A stretch of DNA of 38,393 bases from a virus. The stretch spans positions 1 through 38,393 of the IMG/VR virus record IMGVR_UViG_3300045988_107305. The stretch is one strand, 5' to 3'. The notes under the pieces were generated by a model. That model saw only the letters and a list, made by a program, of their open reading frames with translations, made no database searches and was not told the DNA's origin. This document shows positions 29,084 through 37,617 of this stretch, piece after piece; the stretch's first letter is position 1, and each line of letters begins with the position of its first letter. The translations under genes were made by a program, and so were the position numbers.

Positions 29084-29136
29084 CTAATAATCCTGTAAAA
29101 AAGTATTTTCTCGGGATTTTTTGATACCCGTTTCTA

Positions 29137-29550
29137 TTAAGTTTTTGTTTTTTCTTTATTCTTGTTTTTGTCTATATCGGCACTTATCGGGACTATTGTT
29201 ATGTTGACTGGAGTTATAAGCTCGCCATCAGCACCGGTTATCTCTTGTTTGTCTGTCGGCTTTTCTCCGATAGTATCACGAATGAATGTTGCCGCTTGTA
29301 AATCGCCTTTAAGGGCTTTTTTAATAACTTCGGCAAGAACAGCATACTTTCCAGTGACAACGCCGTCACTTGTCATCACGTCTTTAGACAAGATTATCTC
29401 GGCAATTTCTCGCATTGTTCGCTTTTCTCTTTTAGCAATACCCGAGGCAATGCCACCGGCACTTCCTAATTCTGCGGCTTTCTTACCGCTTTTAAACCTT
29501 GTCTTTGCTCCTATTTCAGCAAGTTTTTCTTTACTTATTCCCGCTGTCAT
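29137..29550 (-). CDS. terS: terminase small subunit
   Basis: 137 aa immediately upstream of TerL, basic N-terminus. Confidence 0.45.
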   Translation of the reverse strand: MTAGISKEKLAEIGAKTRFKSGKKAAELGSAGGIASGIAKREKRTMREIAEIILSKDVMTSDGVVTGKYAVLAEVIKKALKGDLQAATFIRDTIGEKPTDKQEITGADGELITPVNITIVPISADIDKNKNKEKTKT

Positions 29551-29571
29551 AATTAAGCCTTTGTTGTTCCG

Positions 29572-29853
29572 TTATTCTCTGCCGATTTTAGTATAAATAA
29601 TACCATTGTACAAGCAGTCTATAGCCTTTTTCTGTCGTGCAAGGGTATTTGTTTCAATTTTATCTGCAAGGTGTCTTAGCTGTACGCAGAACTCAAGTCG
29701 TATCTCATCTTGTAGGTCTTGCTGATAGTCTTCTTGAGTTTCGCCGGCAACTGGACGAGACAATCTTGACTTTGCCAATTTTTTGCTTTTAACAAAAATA
29801 TCTTGGCAAAATCTTAACTCGGGTATATCGTCAAATAGACCACCTTGCCTCAT
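29572..29853 (-). CDS. hypothetical protein
   Basis: ORF. Confidence 0.4.
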   Translation of the reverse strand: MRQGGLFDDIPELRFCQDIFVKSKKLAKSRLSRPVAGETQEDYQQDLQDEIRLEFCVQLRHLADKIETNTLARQKKAIDCLYNGIIYTKIGRE

Positions 29854-29875
29854 TTCAACACCTCTGCTTGGTATT

Positions 29876-30115
29876 TTATAATAATTTCAAAGCGTTGTCA
29901 ATATCTTGTTTAAATTCATCATCTATTTTATAATTATTCTTTTTGATTTTACTCAATATAGAAGCAAAGACCATATTTTGATGTTGTTTACGAAAAAACT
30001 CATAAAAAGTAGGAACCCGCGCAACAATTTTTCCGCTTGAAGAAATAGTCGTTATACCACCATCATTGGTATACCATAAATTAAATTTTGTATCAAGAAT
30101 ACTATCTTCGTCCAT
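29876..30115 (-). CDS. hypothetical protein
   Basis: ORF, start 3 nt after stop of frameshifted upstream gene. Confidence 0.4.
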   Translation of the reverse strand: MDEDSILDTKFNLWYTNDGGITTISSSGKIVARVPTFYEFFRKQHQNMVFASILSKIKKNNYKIDDEFKQDIDNALKLL

Positions 30116-30118
30116 GAT

Positions 30119-30600
30119 TTACTCCAAATCTAACTTGTTAATTTCAGTTAAAAGTCCTGCTGATACTTTTAATTCTTGCCGTGTTACCTGTTCTGTGTAT
30201 TGCACTTCCTCAATATTTGCGACTTCGTGATATATTTTGCTTTCATTATCAAAATAAGCTGTTATTATCGCATGTTTTCCATCCGCTGTATTACCAACCG
30301 TTATTCTATCATATCCACCTGATACTAATACACCGTGAGGTGTTGTAACTTCTAATATTTTGTGTTCGTCCCAAACATAAACACCGGTCTTTCTTATATT
30401 TTCTAAAATAAAAGAATAAACACCTACTCTATCTAAATCATCAGCAATTTTTCTAAAAAAGAAGCCTTATCTTTGCTTATTTGTTCTACTTCATCGGCTA
30501 AAAGCCAAAACATATTACAAAATTCTTTTGCATGAATATGAAAGCCGTATTTGTCATATTGTGGAACTGCAGGATAATCATATTTTTCTCTATCAAACAT
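30119..30600 (-). CDS. hypothetical protein encoded in two frames: 55-aa zero-frame ORF (30433..30600) and -1 frame continuation to 30119; joined at heptamer T TTT TTA (30462..30454). Programmed -1 frameshift or homopolymer indel/pseudogene
   Basis: manual translation; -1 frame opens (TAA) just before and zero frame stops 8 codons after the heptamer; -1 frame then open 111 codons. Confidence 0.4.
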
Positions 30601-30614
30601 TGTTTTTCCCCTTT

Positions 30615-31022
30615 CTATTTAATTATATCAACAGGCTCACACTTAAAAGCCTTAGCAAACCTTAAAACACTTCTAACCGTGAGATGCTTTTTAGTGCCTT
30701 TGCTAAGTTGGCATTTTTCAACACGCAAGCAGTTGTCAGTGTTTTTAGGCAACTTCTGTGTTCTCACCATAGTATAACGTGGTTCTGTTGGCTTGTAAAC
30801 ATCTTTTTTCTTTCCGGTTAAAAGATAATTTACCGATATATTTAATACTTTAGCACATTTTAATAGGTTGTCTGTTCTTAATGAAATCTTGTTATAAAAC
30901 GTACTCCGACACAATCCGACTTCATCGGCGAATTTTGATAAAAAGCCGTATTTTTGAATAGCCTCTTCAACTACTCGGTCATATACAAACAACGAATCAT
31001 AATAGGCGTCATCATCTTTCAT
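30615..31022 (-). CDS. XRE-family helix-turn-helix regulator (two HTH-like segments)
   Basis: LLKCAKVLNISVNYLLTG typical XRE HTH end. Confidence 0.55.
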   Translation of the reverse strand: MKDDDAYYDSLFVYDRVVEEAIQKYGFLSKFADEVGLCRSTFYNKISLRTDNLLKCAKVLNISVNYLLTGKKKDVYKPTEPRYTMVRTQKLPKNTDNCLRVEKCQLSKGTKKHLTVRSVLRFAKAFKCEPVDIIK

Positions 31023-31155
31023 TGTTCTTATCCATTGTTAAAACGATAACTTTTTCTTTAGGCTTTACCACGTCCAAAAACTCAAACGCATTTTTAATCG
31101 TTTTGCAGACGCATAATAGCTTATTGTTGCCAGTAATTTTAATCATTTTAAACTC

Positions 31156-32508
31156 CTATATTAATGTTAATTGTCCCGTTGTATCTGTTTGCTCTGGCAT
31201 TAGTAAATTCTTAAATATAGCTTCTAAAACATTCACAACAATGCTATTGCCTGCGAGCTTATAGAGCTGTGTGTTTGACAGGTCGTGTAGCTTGTCAAAT
31301 TGTTCATCTTTAACACCCATCAATCTCCAACACTCACGAGGTGTTAGTTTGCGGATACGATAACCGTTTGAATATATCTTCACATTTTTGCTATCAGACG
31401 CCATAAGTGCCGGAGATATGCTATGAAAACCATTGAATTCTATTTTATTCGGATTATTACCAATTCCATCACATAAAATCTTCGGTTCTAAACCGCCACC
31501 TTGACAAGTGTTCAAAGCCGGAGAACATCCAGATGGCGAATAAATTCGCCATCTTTGCGGATTTCCACCGAAAGAATTTGTTTCAATAATATTTCCTATT
31601 TGCTGAACAACGTAATTGTCTTTTTGAACGCTTGTCAGAGTGTTTGAGCAACCTGTTTTATTTATCTCAAGCCTTTGTTCTGTTGGTTTTCCTGCTGTCC
31701 TATCGCTTGGATTTTCGATGTTTCGTCCACGACTTGCGACAACAAAAGGTTCCTGTATGTAATTATCAGAGTTTCTTTGTCCGGGTTTTGTTGTTAATGT
31801 TACAGCTACCTCTCCATTTATACAGGGTTTGTATCCTAAACTATCTTTTCGTTTTAACAGTTGATTAACAAATCTGTCAGATAAATAATATTTTTCATCA
31901 ACAACAGGCTCTAAAATATCCTTTAATTTTTTTTCGAGTTTAATCTTATTCGGGAAAAGATATTGTCCACCGCCAAGAATTGAAACAACAAAAACACGTT
32001 CCCTATTTTGTGGAACTCCGTAATCCTTTGCGTTCAACACTTTGTAATAGTTTGTATATCCCATACTCTCAAGCACCTTAGACCATTCGTTAAAATTATG
32101 GCGGTGCTTTTCGCTTAAAAGGTTTTTAACATTCTCCATTAAAAGATATTTTGGCTTAACTGCTCGGATAATACGCTCGCACTCCCACAAAAGGCTTGAA
32201 CGTGTTCCGCTTCCTTTATCGCCTCCAGCCTGTTTCCCAGCTAAGGAAAAGTCTTGACAAGGCGTGGAATAGGTTATCATATCAAAATATGGTAGTTTTG
32301 TTTCGTCAATGGTATAGATATCGCCGTAGTTCTTTGTTTCGCCATGCAGTTGCATATAGGCTTGACTGGCGTATTTGTCAAACTCGGCAATCTCTGAATA
32401 CACTTCTAATCCCAAATTTTTCAAAGCCAGTGCTTGACTGCCATAACCGGCGCAAAGTTCCAAAACTCTTATCTTCATCTCTTTACCTTTCACATTGTCT
32501 TCAATCAT
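31156..32508 (-). CDS. DNA (cytosine-5)-methyltransferase
   Basis: motif I LELCAGYGS, PCQDFS, ENVKNL, QNRERVFVV (QxRxR), AGNSIVVNV. Confidence 0.9.
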   Translation of the reverse strand: MIEDNVKGKEMKIRVLELCAGYGSQALALKNLGLEVYSEIAEFDKYASQAYMQLHGETKNYGDIYTIDETKLPYFDMITYSTPCQDFSLAGKQAGGDKGSGTRSSLLWECERIIRAVKPKYLLMENVKNLLSEKHRHNFNEWSKVLESMGYTNYYKVLNAKDYGVPQNRERVFVVSILGGGQYLFPNKIKLEKKLKDILEPVVDEKYYLSDRFVNQLLKRKDSLGYKPCINGEVAVTLTTKPGQRNSDNYIQEPFVVASRGRNIENPSDRTAGKPTEQRLEINKTGCSNTLTSVQKDNYVVQQIGNIIETNSFGGNPQRWRIYSPSGCSPALNTCQGGGLEPKILCDGIGNNPNKIEFNGFHSISPALMASDSKNVKIYSNGYRIRKLTPRECWRLMGVKDEQFDKLHDLSNTQLYKLAGNSIVVNVLEAIFKNLLMPEQTDTTGQLTLI

Positions 32509-32552
32509 CTATAAAAAAAAGACCTCTTTCTTTAACTATATTTTCTGTCATT

Positions 32553-32750
32553 TTAATAACTCCTCATCAATTTTTTTTGAAAGTGTATAAAAAGTTTGCA
32601 CTTCAGGACATCTCCGTATGGAAATTGAACATAATAAAGTCCCTCTTTCAGTTTGCCGTCTTTCCAATCTTGTGTTAAATCAGTCATTCGTTTAACTCCT
32701 TGTTTCGTGTATATTGCCGCAAATTTCAAGCTCTGCATAAGTTTCCTCAT
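32553..32750 (-). CDS. hypothetical small protein
   Basis: ORF. Confidence 0.3.
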   Translation of the reverse strand: MRKLMQSLKFAAIYTKQGVKRMTDLTQDWKDGKLKEGLYYVQFPYGDVLKCKLFIHFQKKLMRSY

Positions 32751-33156
32751 TTTCTCTATCCATTGCTTGACTGGGTTCTGACTTCAACCACCAAGCACCA
32801 TTAAACCAAGCAACATAAGCTATATATCCGTCTTTATCTTTAACCAAATCGCCTTCGTAAATAAAGGTGCCGTTCTGGTCTTTAAAGCCGACGCATTGGT
32901 CGATATATTCAAGCTTATCAATCAGCCAGTAATCATTATCATAGCAAAAATTAGCTCGCATATATTCTAAGCCTTGCGCTAAAATACCTAAATCGCTTAA
33001 CAATTCCCCGATAATATCTGCATGAACTACAATCGTTTCGCCACCGTTTTCAATAGCAAAGCAATCATCGACATTTATTAATAAATACTTATCGTTGCCG
33101 TCTTTGTCATAATAGTAGATTTTGAATCCGGCTCTAAATCTTAATCTATCGGTCAT
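32692..33156 (-). CDS. YopX-family protein
   Basis: IYEGDLV and C-terminal EICGNIHE motifs typical of YopX. Confidence 0.5.
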   Translation of the reverse strand: MTDRLRFRAGFKIYYYDKDGNDKYLLINVDDCFAIENGGETIVVHADIIGELLSDLGILAQGLEYMRANFCYDNDYWLIDKLEYIDQCVGFKDQNGTFIYEGDLVKDKDGYIAYVAWFNGAWWLKSEPSQAMDRENEETYAELEICGNIHETRS

Positions 33157-33373
33157 CTTGTTTTAACTCCTCATCAATAACATAAACTTCTGCTAACTTA
33201 TCTAAATTCATTTCGAAGTGTTTACAGTCAGTTTTATCATAACTCTCCCAATAATCACCAAGCTCATCTCTGGGTGTTTTACCGTCAAACGACAATTCAC
33301 AAACATAGTCGCCATCTTCTTCATCACAGCACGCATAATGTTTACAATTTTGACAGCATTTTCTAATTTTCAT
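33146..33373 (-). CDS. small Cys-rich (zinc-finger-like) protein
   Basis: CCQNCKHYACC...C cluster in 75 aa. Confidence 0.45.
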   Translation of the reverse strand: MKIRKCCQNCKHYACCDEEDGDYVCELSFDGKTPRDELGDYWESYDKTDCKHFEMNLDKLAEVYVIDEELKQDDR

Positions 33374-33518
33374 CTTCCTATCTCCTTATAAAAATGATAA
33401 GCTGGAATTATAAAAAGTTCAAAAAAAGATTCTGCAGCCAATAACCCGCCAAACGCTTCTCGATTTGCGTTAGTTTTAATCATCTGTTCTTTTTGCTCAT
33501 TATTCATCATCTTTACTC

Positions 33519-33725
33519 CTATTCAACCGCTGTCCAAAGCAGATTATTGTAGTAGTCGCAGTTTGATTGAAACTTGCAACCGGTAATTGTCTTTTCATAG
33601 TCCTGATTTTCTACATACTGCAAATAAACCTGCCGAGTTTCCTCTTTATCAAAGCCGTATTCCAAAGCTACGGCAAATAATAAACCAGCAATTAAAGTCA
33701 AGCAAGCAACAAAATTATTTAACAT
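33519..33725 (-). CDS. small membrane protein (N-terminal TM)
   Basis: FVACLTLIAGLLFAVAL hydrophobic helix. Confidence 0.4.
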   Translation of the reverse strand: MLNNFVACLTLIAGLLFAVALEYGFDKEETRQVYLQYVENQDYEKTITGCKFQSNCDYYNNLLWTAVE

Positions 33726-33942
33726 TTTTTAATCCCTCTAAAACATTTTCGCAACCATCAATCATTCCGCTAACAATAGCGATAGACTTCTCATCACAAT
33801 CATATGACTTTAATTTTTCAAGAACTCTCTTGTAAACCTCAAGGTCTGATTGTACTTTTTCTTTGAACGTTATCATAACCCTAACTCCTTTTGAAAAGCA
33901 CGACAAACCATAGAATAAGCAGCTTGTTCTGCATATCTCCAA
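33715..33942 (-). CDS. hypothetical protein
   Basis: ORF. Confidence 0.4.
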   Translation of the reverse strand: MEICRTSCLFYGLSCFSKGVRVMITFKEKVQSDLEVYKRVLEKLKSYDCDEKSIAIVSGMIDGCENVLEGLKNVK

Positions 33943-33981
33943 GCTCTATCCAAATTCCAGTCTTTAGCGTTAATGTTCATT

Positions 33982-34122
33982 TAAATAGCTAATTCTTCTG
34001 AAGTTTTACTACCGATATAATCGTGTACTTCTTGAGCTTTTAACATAGCTGTCGGCTGTTTAGATTTTTTAATTAAATCATTTACAAAATCAGCAGCGAT
34101 TTCATCAATCCATTTTTTCATT
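33982..34122 (-). CDS. small ORF (46 aa) directly downstream of promoter copy 2
   Basis: AAGGA RBS + ATG at 34122; MKKWIDEIAADFVNDLIKK...; not in supplied ORF track (below length cutoff). Confidence 0.35.
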
Positions 34123-34157
34123 TTGTTTTTTCCTTTCATTTCGTTTTTGTTAATTTT

Positions 34158-34186
34158 AATATAACATAAAAAAAATAAATGTCAAC
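34158..34186 (-). promoter_or_regulatory. sigma70-type promoter copy 2 (TTGACA 34186..34181, 17-nt spacer, ATATTA 34163..34158, TGn-like extended -10)
   Basis: consensus hexamers; about 60 bp identical to copy 3. Confidence 0.5.
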
Positions 34187-34295
34187 AATTATTTTATAAA
34201 AAATGTTATTTTTTAAGGTGGAGCGGCATAGTTAAATAAAACGTGATTTGTACAAGTGCAGTCAACGACTAAAGTTTTGCCGCTCCGTCAAGATA

Positions 34296-35192
34296 TTAAA
34301 TCAAATCAAACAATGTCAATCTTTCTAGCTGATTGCAGTATAAATATTCAGTTATTTTATCGCTACACGCCCCACACATCAGCTTGCGCTTTTTTTCACT
34401 CCAAACTTTATAGAATCGTTTATCGCTGATTTCATAGCTTGAAAAGTAAACTTTATAAGGTCGGCTTGCTACCCAGTCATAGAATTCAGCGTGATTAAAG
34501 TCTTTTTTATCATAATTCTTCGTACCCTCATAAGGTGGGTCGCAATAAACAATATCACCGTCTTCATAAACATAGTCAAGATAAGAACCTTGTTTAACTT
34601 CCAGTCTTTCCAGTCTTTCCAGGCTTTGCAGTCTTTCCAGTCTTTCCAGGCTTTGCAGTCTTTCCAGTCTTTCCAGGCTTTGCAGTCTTTCCAGTCTTTC
34701 CAGGCTTTGCAGTCTTTCCAGGCACTTCCTTTTATATTCTTCTTTATTTTTTTGAATATCCCCCCGACTCCCGTCTGTTTTTATTCCAAATTCAGCAAAC
34801 AGGCTTGTATCACCCAAAACTCTTGCATAGTGCAACGCCTTTTTCCATGGCTCAATCTCTTTGGAGTATAAATAATTATTCCCAGCACAACTAAAGCTCC
34901 AGCAATACTTAATATAGCCGTCTTGTTCTTTGAGTTTGGAGAAATCTTCGCGGCTAATCCATCTTTTTTCATTCCGAAAATCGCCGTTTATCGCCTTTTT
35001 CATCAAATCAACTAACAAAGGATTGTATTCATTATAGAGAACCTTTTGCCACTTGCCCGATAATACCGCACAATGACTGATTGCACCACCTCCGCCAAAT
35101 AAGTCAACAAACCGCCGACCACTTGGTAAGACTTCAATAATCTTTTCAGAAATAGCATTCTTAGAGCCCTGATACGTTATCCCGTACTTCAT
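34296..35192 (-). CDS. DNA N6-adenine methyltransferase (Dam/D12 class) containing internal (LER-LER-LQS)n repeat insert
   Basis: N-terminal YQGSKNAISEKII, motif I DLFGGGGA, motif IV DPPY; 9/27-bp tandem repeat in frame. Confidence 0.85.
   Translation of the reverse strand: MKYGITYQGSKNAISEKIIEVLPSGRRFVDLFGGGGAISHCAVLSGKWQKVLYNEYNPLLVDLMKKAINGDFRNEKRWISREDFSKLKEQDGYIKYCWSFSCAGNNYLYSKEIEPWKKALHYARVLGDTSLFAEFGIKTDGSRGDIQKNKEEYKRKCLERLQSLERLERLQSLERLERLQSLERLERLQSLERLERLEVKQGSYLDYVYEDGDIVYCDPPYEGTKNYDKKDFNHAEFYDWVASRPYKVYFSSYEISDKRFYKVWSEKKRKLMCGACSDKITEYLYCNQLERLTLFDLI
34599..34724. repeat. in-frame tandem repeat inside Dam gene: 9-bp subunits tctttccag/gctttgcag arranged as 27-bp (AAB) units x4 plus extra copies
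   Basis: direct reading; encodes LERLQSLER repeated. Confidence 0.9.
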
Positions 35193-35590
35193 TATTCCGC
35201 CCCATCAATTCCGATATGATGATAACTTCCGTCCTTAAATTCCCATTTTCGGTTTAAGTTAATGAGCCATTTTGCCGTGGCTTTATCCTCAACCTCTTCT
35301 TTTGAAAACTTATTTTTCTGAATTATTCCGTAAATGTTCAACATTTGAGTAATCCCTACTTGTTTACTGAACCGATATATACCGGCGCAAACAATCAAGC
35401 AATCAGCTAACTCTTTCTTTTTCTGTTCGTCATTGCCGGCAACCATATATTCGGTTAATTCTTCTTGCAACTTGTTAATCTGTCCCGATGCGTCCGCCAA
35501 AGGGAACAAGTCTTTATGCTGTTTAGCTATCTCATCAATTCTAAACATTTTAATAATTCCCCAAAAAGCCGTTGTATTTGTAGTCGTCAT
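35192..35590 (-). CDS. MazG-like nucleotide pyrophosphohydrolase (tentative)
   Basis: EELTEY...KKELADCLIVCAGI resembles MazG EExxEL...EELADVL motif pair. Confidence 0.35.
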   Translation of the reverse strand: MTTTNTTAFWGIIKMFRIDEIAKQHKDLFPLADASGQINKLQEELTEYMVAGNDEQKKKELADCLIVCAGIYRFSKQVGITQMLNIYGIIQKNKFSKEEVEDKATAKWLINLNRKWEFKDGSYHHIGIDGAE

Positions 35591-35834
35591 TACCTATAAA
35601 CTCCAAAGCGAGGCTTTTTTCAATATCGGTCGTGTTTGCCAAATAAGAGTAAATCATCGGTCTGCTCTTGTTAATTGACCTAGCTATAACGCTGTATTTA
35701 TACCCCTCGCAAGTCATAGCATACACAAATATTCTTGTTAAAATCAATGCTATTCCTAGTGCGTGCTTTTCTTCAAATAAGCCCTTACAATTAAAGGCTT
35801 GTTCAAAGCGTATCATCTCTTTTGCGTCAATCAT
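35550..35834 (-). CDS. hypothetical protein (possible HTH)
   Basis: ORF. Confidence 0.3.
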   Translation of the reverse strand: MIDAKEMIRFEQAFNCKGLFEEKHALGIALILTRIFVYAMTCEGYKYSVIARSINKSRPMIYSYLANTTDIEKSLALEFIGNDDYKYNGFLGNY

Positions 35835-36008
35835 TATCTTTATTCCTTTAGTTTCAATCTACCGCTGATTTTCTACGATTATTACAATATCTTTATAAAC
35901 TTCGACACGAATTATGTCTTTTTCGTGGTCATAATCATCAAGAATTGTAACTTCAGCAGTTTGTTTAGCTTTATTCAGTCTTTTTATCAATTCTTGGACT
36001 GTCATTTC

Positions 36009-36341
36009 TCATTCCTCCTCTAAAAATCTTTTTAATTTTGCCGGACTTTTACGCAACTCTGACAAATAGAACTCTGCAACAACTTCCCAGCTGTCATCTT
36101 CTTCATCATATTCTTTTTTGGTTATTAAAATGTTGTTGAAGTGGCAAGATTCAGCAAACGCTCTTTTAGAACTGGTACTAAAACAACAGTTAAAGCCATT
36201 TGCGTGTGCTGCGTATTCAATAGTAGAACGACCAATATACCCATCATCGCTTGCCTCAATCATAATATCGTTCTTGCAAGTAACGCCTAAATCGATTGTT
36301 TCACCATTTACTGTTGCTTCAAATAAAATTTCTTTTGACAT
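36009..36341 (-). CDS. hypothetical protein
   Basis: ORF directly downstream of promoter copy 3. Confidence 0.45.
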   Translation of the reverse strand: MSKEILFEATVNGETIDLGVTCKNDIMIEASDDGYIGRSTIEYAAHANGFNCCFSTSSKRAFAESCHFNNILITKKEYDEEDDSWEVVAEFYLSELRKSPAKLKRFLEEE

Positions 36342-36376
36342 TGTTTTTTCCTTTCAATTTTTCGTTTTGTTAATTT

Positions 36377-36405
36377 TAATATAACATAAAAAAAATAAAT
36401 GTCAA
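36377..36405 (-). promoter_or_regulatory. sigma70-type promoter copy 3 (TTGACA 36405..36400, ATATTA 36382..36377)
   Basis: consensus hexamers; about 60-bp context identical to copy 2. Confidence 0.5.
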
Positions 36406-36426
36406 CAATTATTTTATATTTTTTGA

Positions 36427-37188
36427 TTATTTTTTTAATTTCCATTTCTGATACCTTATTTTACAGAAGTCAACCATACTAATATAGTTTGTTATCCAAG
36501 CCATAGCCTTTTCGAATTCTGCCTTGCCTGCCGTATGGTATCGGGTATGGCAACTGGCGCATAATGGAATAGTTAAGCCGTCAGGGGCTTTAAGCGCCTC
36601 GCTCGAATAGCCTAATTCTTTAAGGTGGTGTACTTGTATGTTATCACTTCTACCGCACCACAAGCACGGCTCTTTATGTTCAAAGGCTATATACTCTTTA
36701 TCTTTTGCCGGTAATTCCACAAAGCGGAGCTGTTGCAAATCCTCTGGCGTGATATGGCGCACCCACGTATATCTTAAGCTAGGGTGTAGATACAGCCCCT
36801 CAAAGCATTTCGCATTGTCAATCAGATAAAGTACACGGTCAATAAATAAGCTTGCCGTTTCTCTATCCATTTCGGATAATCTTTTCGGCACGGTGTATGA
36901 TTCGCCGTTAAAGCGTGTTATTGTCTTGCGTAACCTTTCATCAAGATAGCTTGCACCGCTATATAAATTCTCTTTTACGGCGTCCACTTCCCAAACTTCG
37001 CCACGCTGTTTATAAAATTCTATAATCGCTGATATAAGCCCCCCGAGCACATAACCAAGCTGGTTAAGGCTTTTATCTTTATAGGGCTTGCCATAGGTTA
37101 AGGCTAACTCGCCGTATTCATTAAAGGCGCGGCACATATCTTGCACCGCCACCTCTAACATCTTGTCATTATAAATTGTTATGTTCAT
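36427..37188 (-). CDS. HNH-motif nuclease domain protein (C-terminal CxxC...HH...CxxCH)
   Basis: CLWCGRSDNIQVHHLKELGY...IPLCASCHTRYH. Confidence 0.5.
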   Translation of the reverse strand: MNITIYNDKMLEVAVQDMCRAFNEYGELALTYGKPYKDKSLNQLGYVLGGLISAIIEFYKQRGEVWEVDAVKENLYSGASYLDERLRKTITRFNGESYTVPKRLSEMDRETASLFIDRVLYLIDNAKCFEGLYLHPSLRYTWVRHITPEDLQQLRFVELPAKDKEYIAFEHKEPCLWCGRSDNIQVHHLKELGYSSEALKAPDGLTIPLCASCHTRYHTAGKAEFEKAMAWITNYISMVDFCKIRYQKWKLKK

Positions 37189-37197
37189 TGCTATAAC

Positions 37198-37617
37198 TCA
37201 AAATGGAATCCCATCATCTAAATCATCGTTATAAACTTCTTGCGGTTGCTCTGTCTCTTCCGTTTTAGGGTTAGCCGACTTCAAAACTTCAAATTGACTA
37301 TTCAGCCCGCTTAAAACAACCTCGGTAACATATACTTTGCGTCCGTCTTTTTCATAATTCCTTGTCTGCATTTTACCGCAAACATACACAAGGTCGCCTT
37401 TATGGCAATACCGCTCTATGTATTCCGACTTTGTGAACACAACAACCGGCACCCATTCAGTGCGCTCTTGCTTTTGCCCTTGAGCATCTTTCCACGATTC
37501 CGACACGGCAACAGTTAGGTTGACAACCTTAATTGCTGTTTGAGTATGTCTTACTTCCGGCTCTTTGCCGACACGCCCGATAATTTCAACTTTATTTAAC
37601 ATTTTATTTTTCCTCAA
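37198..37617 (-). CDS. ssb: single-stranded DNA-binding protein
   Basis: OB-fold-like N-terminus, acidic C-terminal tail ending DDLDDGIPF. Confidence 0.85.
   Translation of the reverse strand: MRKNKMLNKVEIIGRVGKEPEVRHTQTAIKVVNLTVAVSESWKDAQGQKQERTEWVPVVVFTKSEYIERYCHKGDLVYVCGKMQTRNYEKDGRKVYVTEVVLSGLNSQFEVLKSANPKTEETEQPQEVYNDDLDDGIPF

Noticed and set aside
30532-30777. Plus-strand ORF 30532..30777 and 31022..31264
   Set aside because: Antisense to the frameshifted gene / HTH regulator region and the dcm 3' end; hydrophobic low-complexity translations typical of AT-rich antisense frames.
31023-31160. Possible 45-aa minus-strand ORF (MIKITGNNKLLCVCKT…) between dcm and the HTH gene
   Set aside because: Has a GGAG RBS and overlaps the HTH start, so it might be real. 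Too short and unsupported to call; left as an untested possibility.
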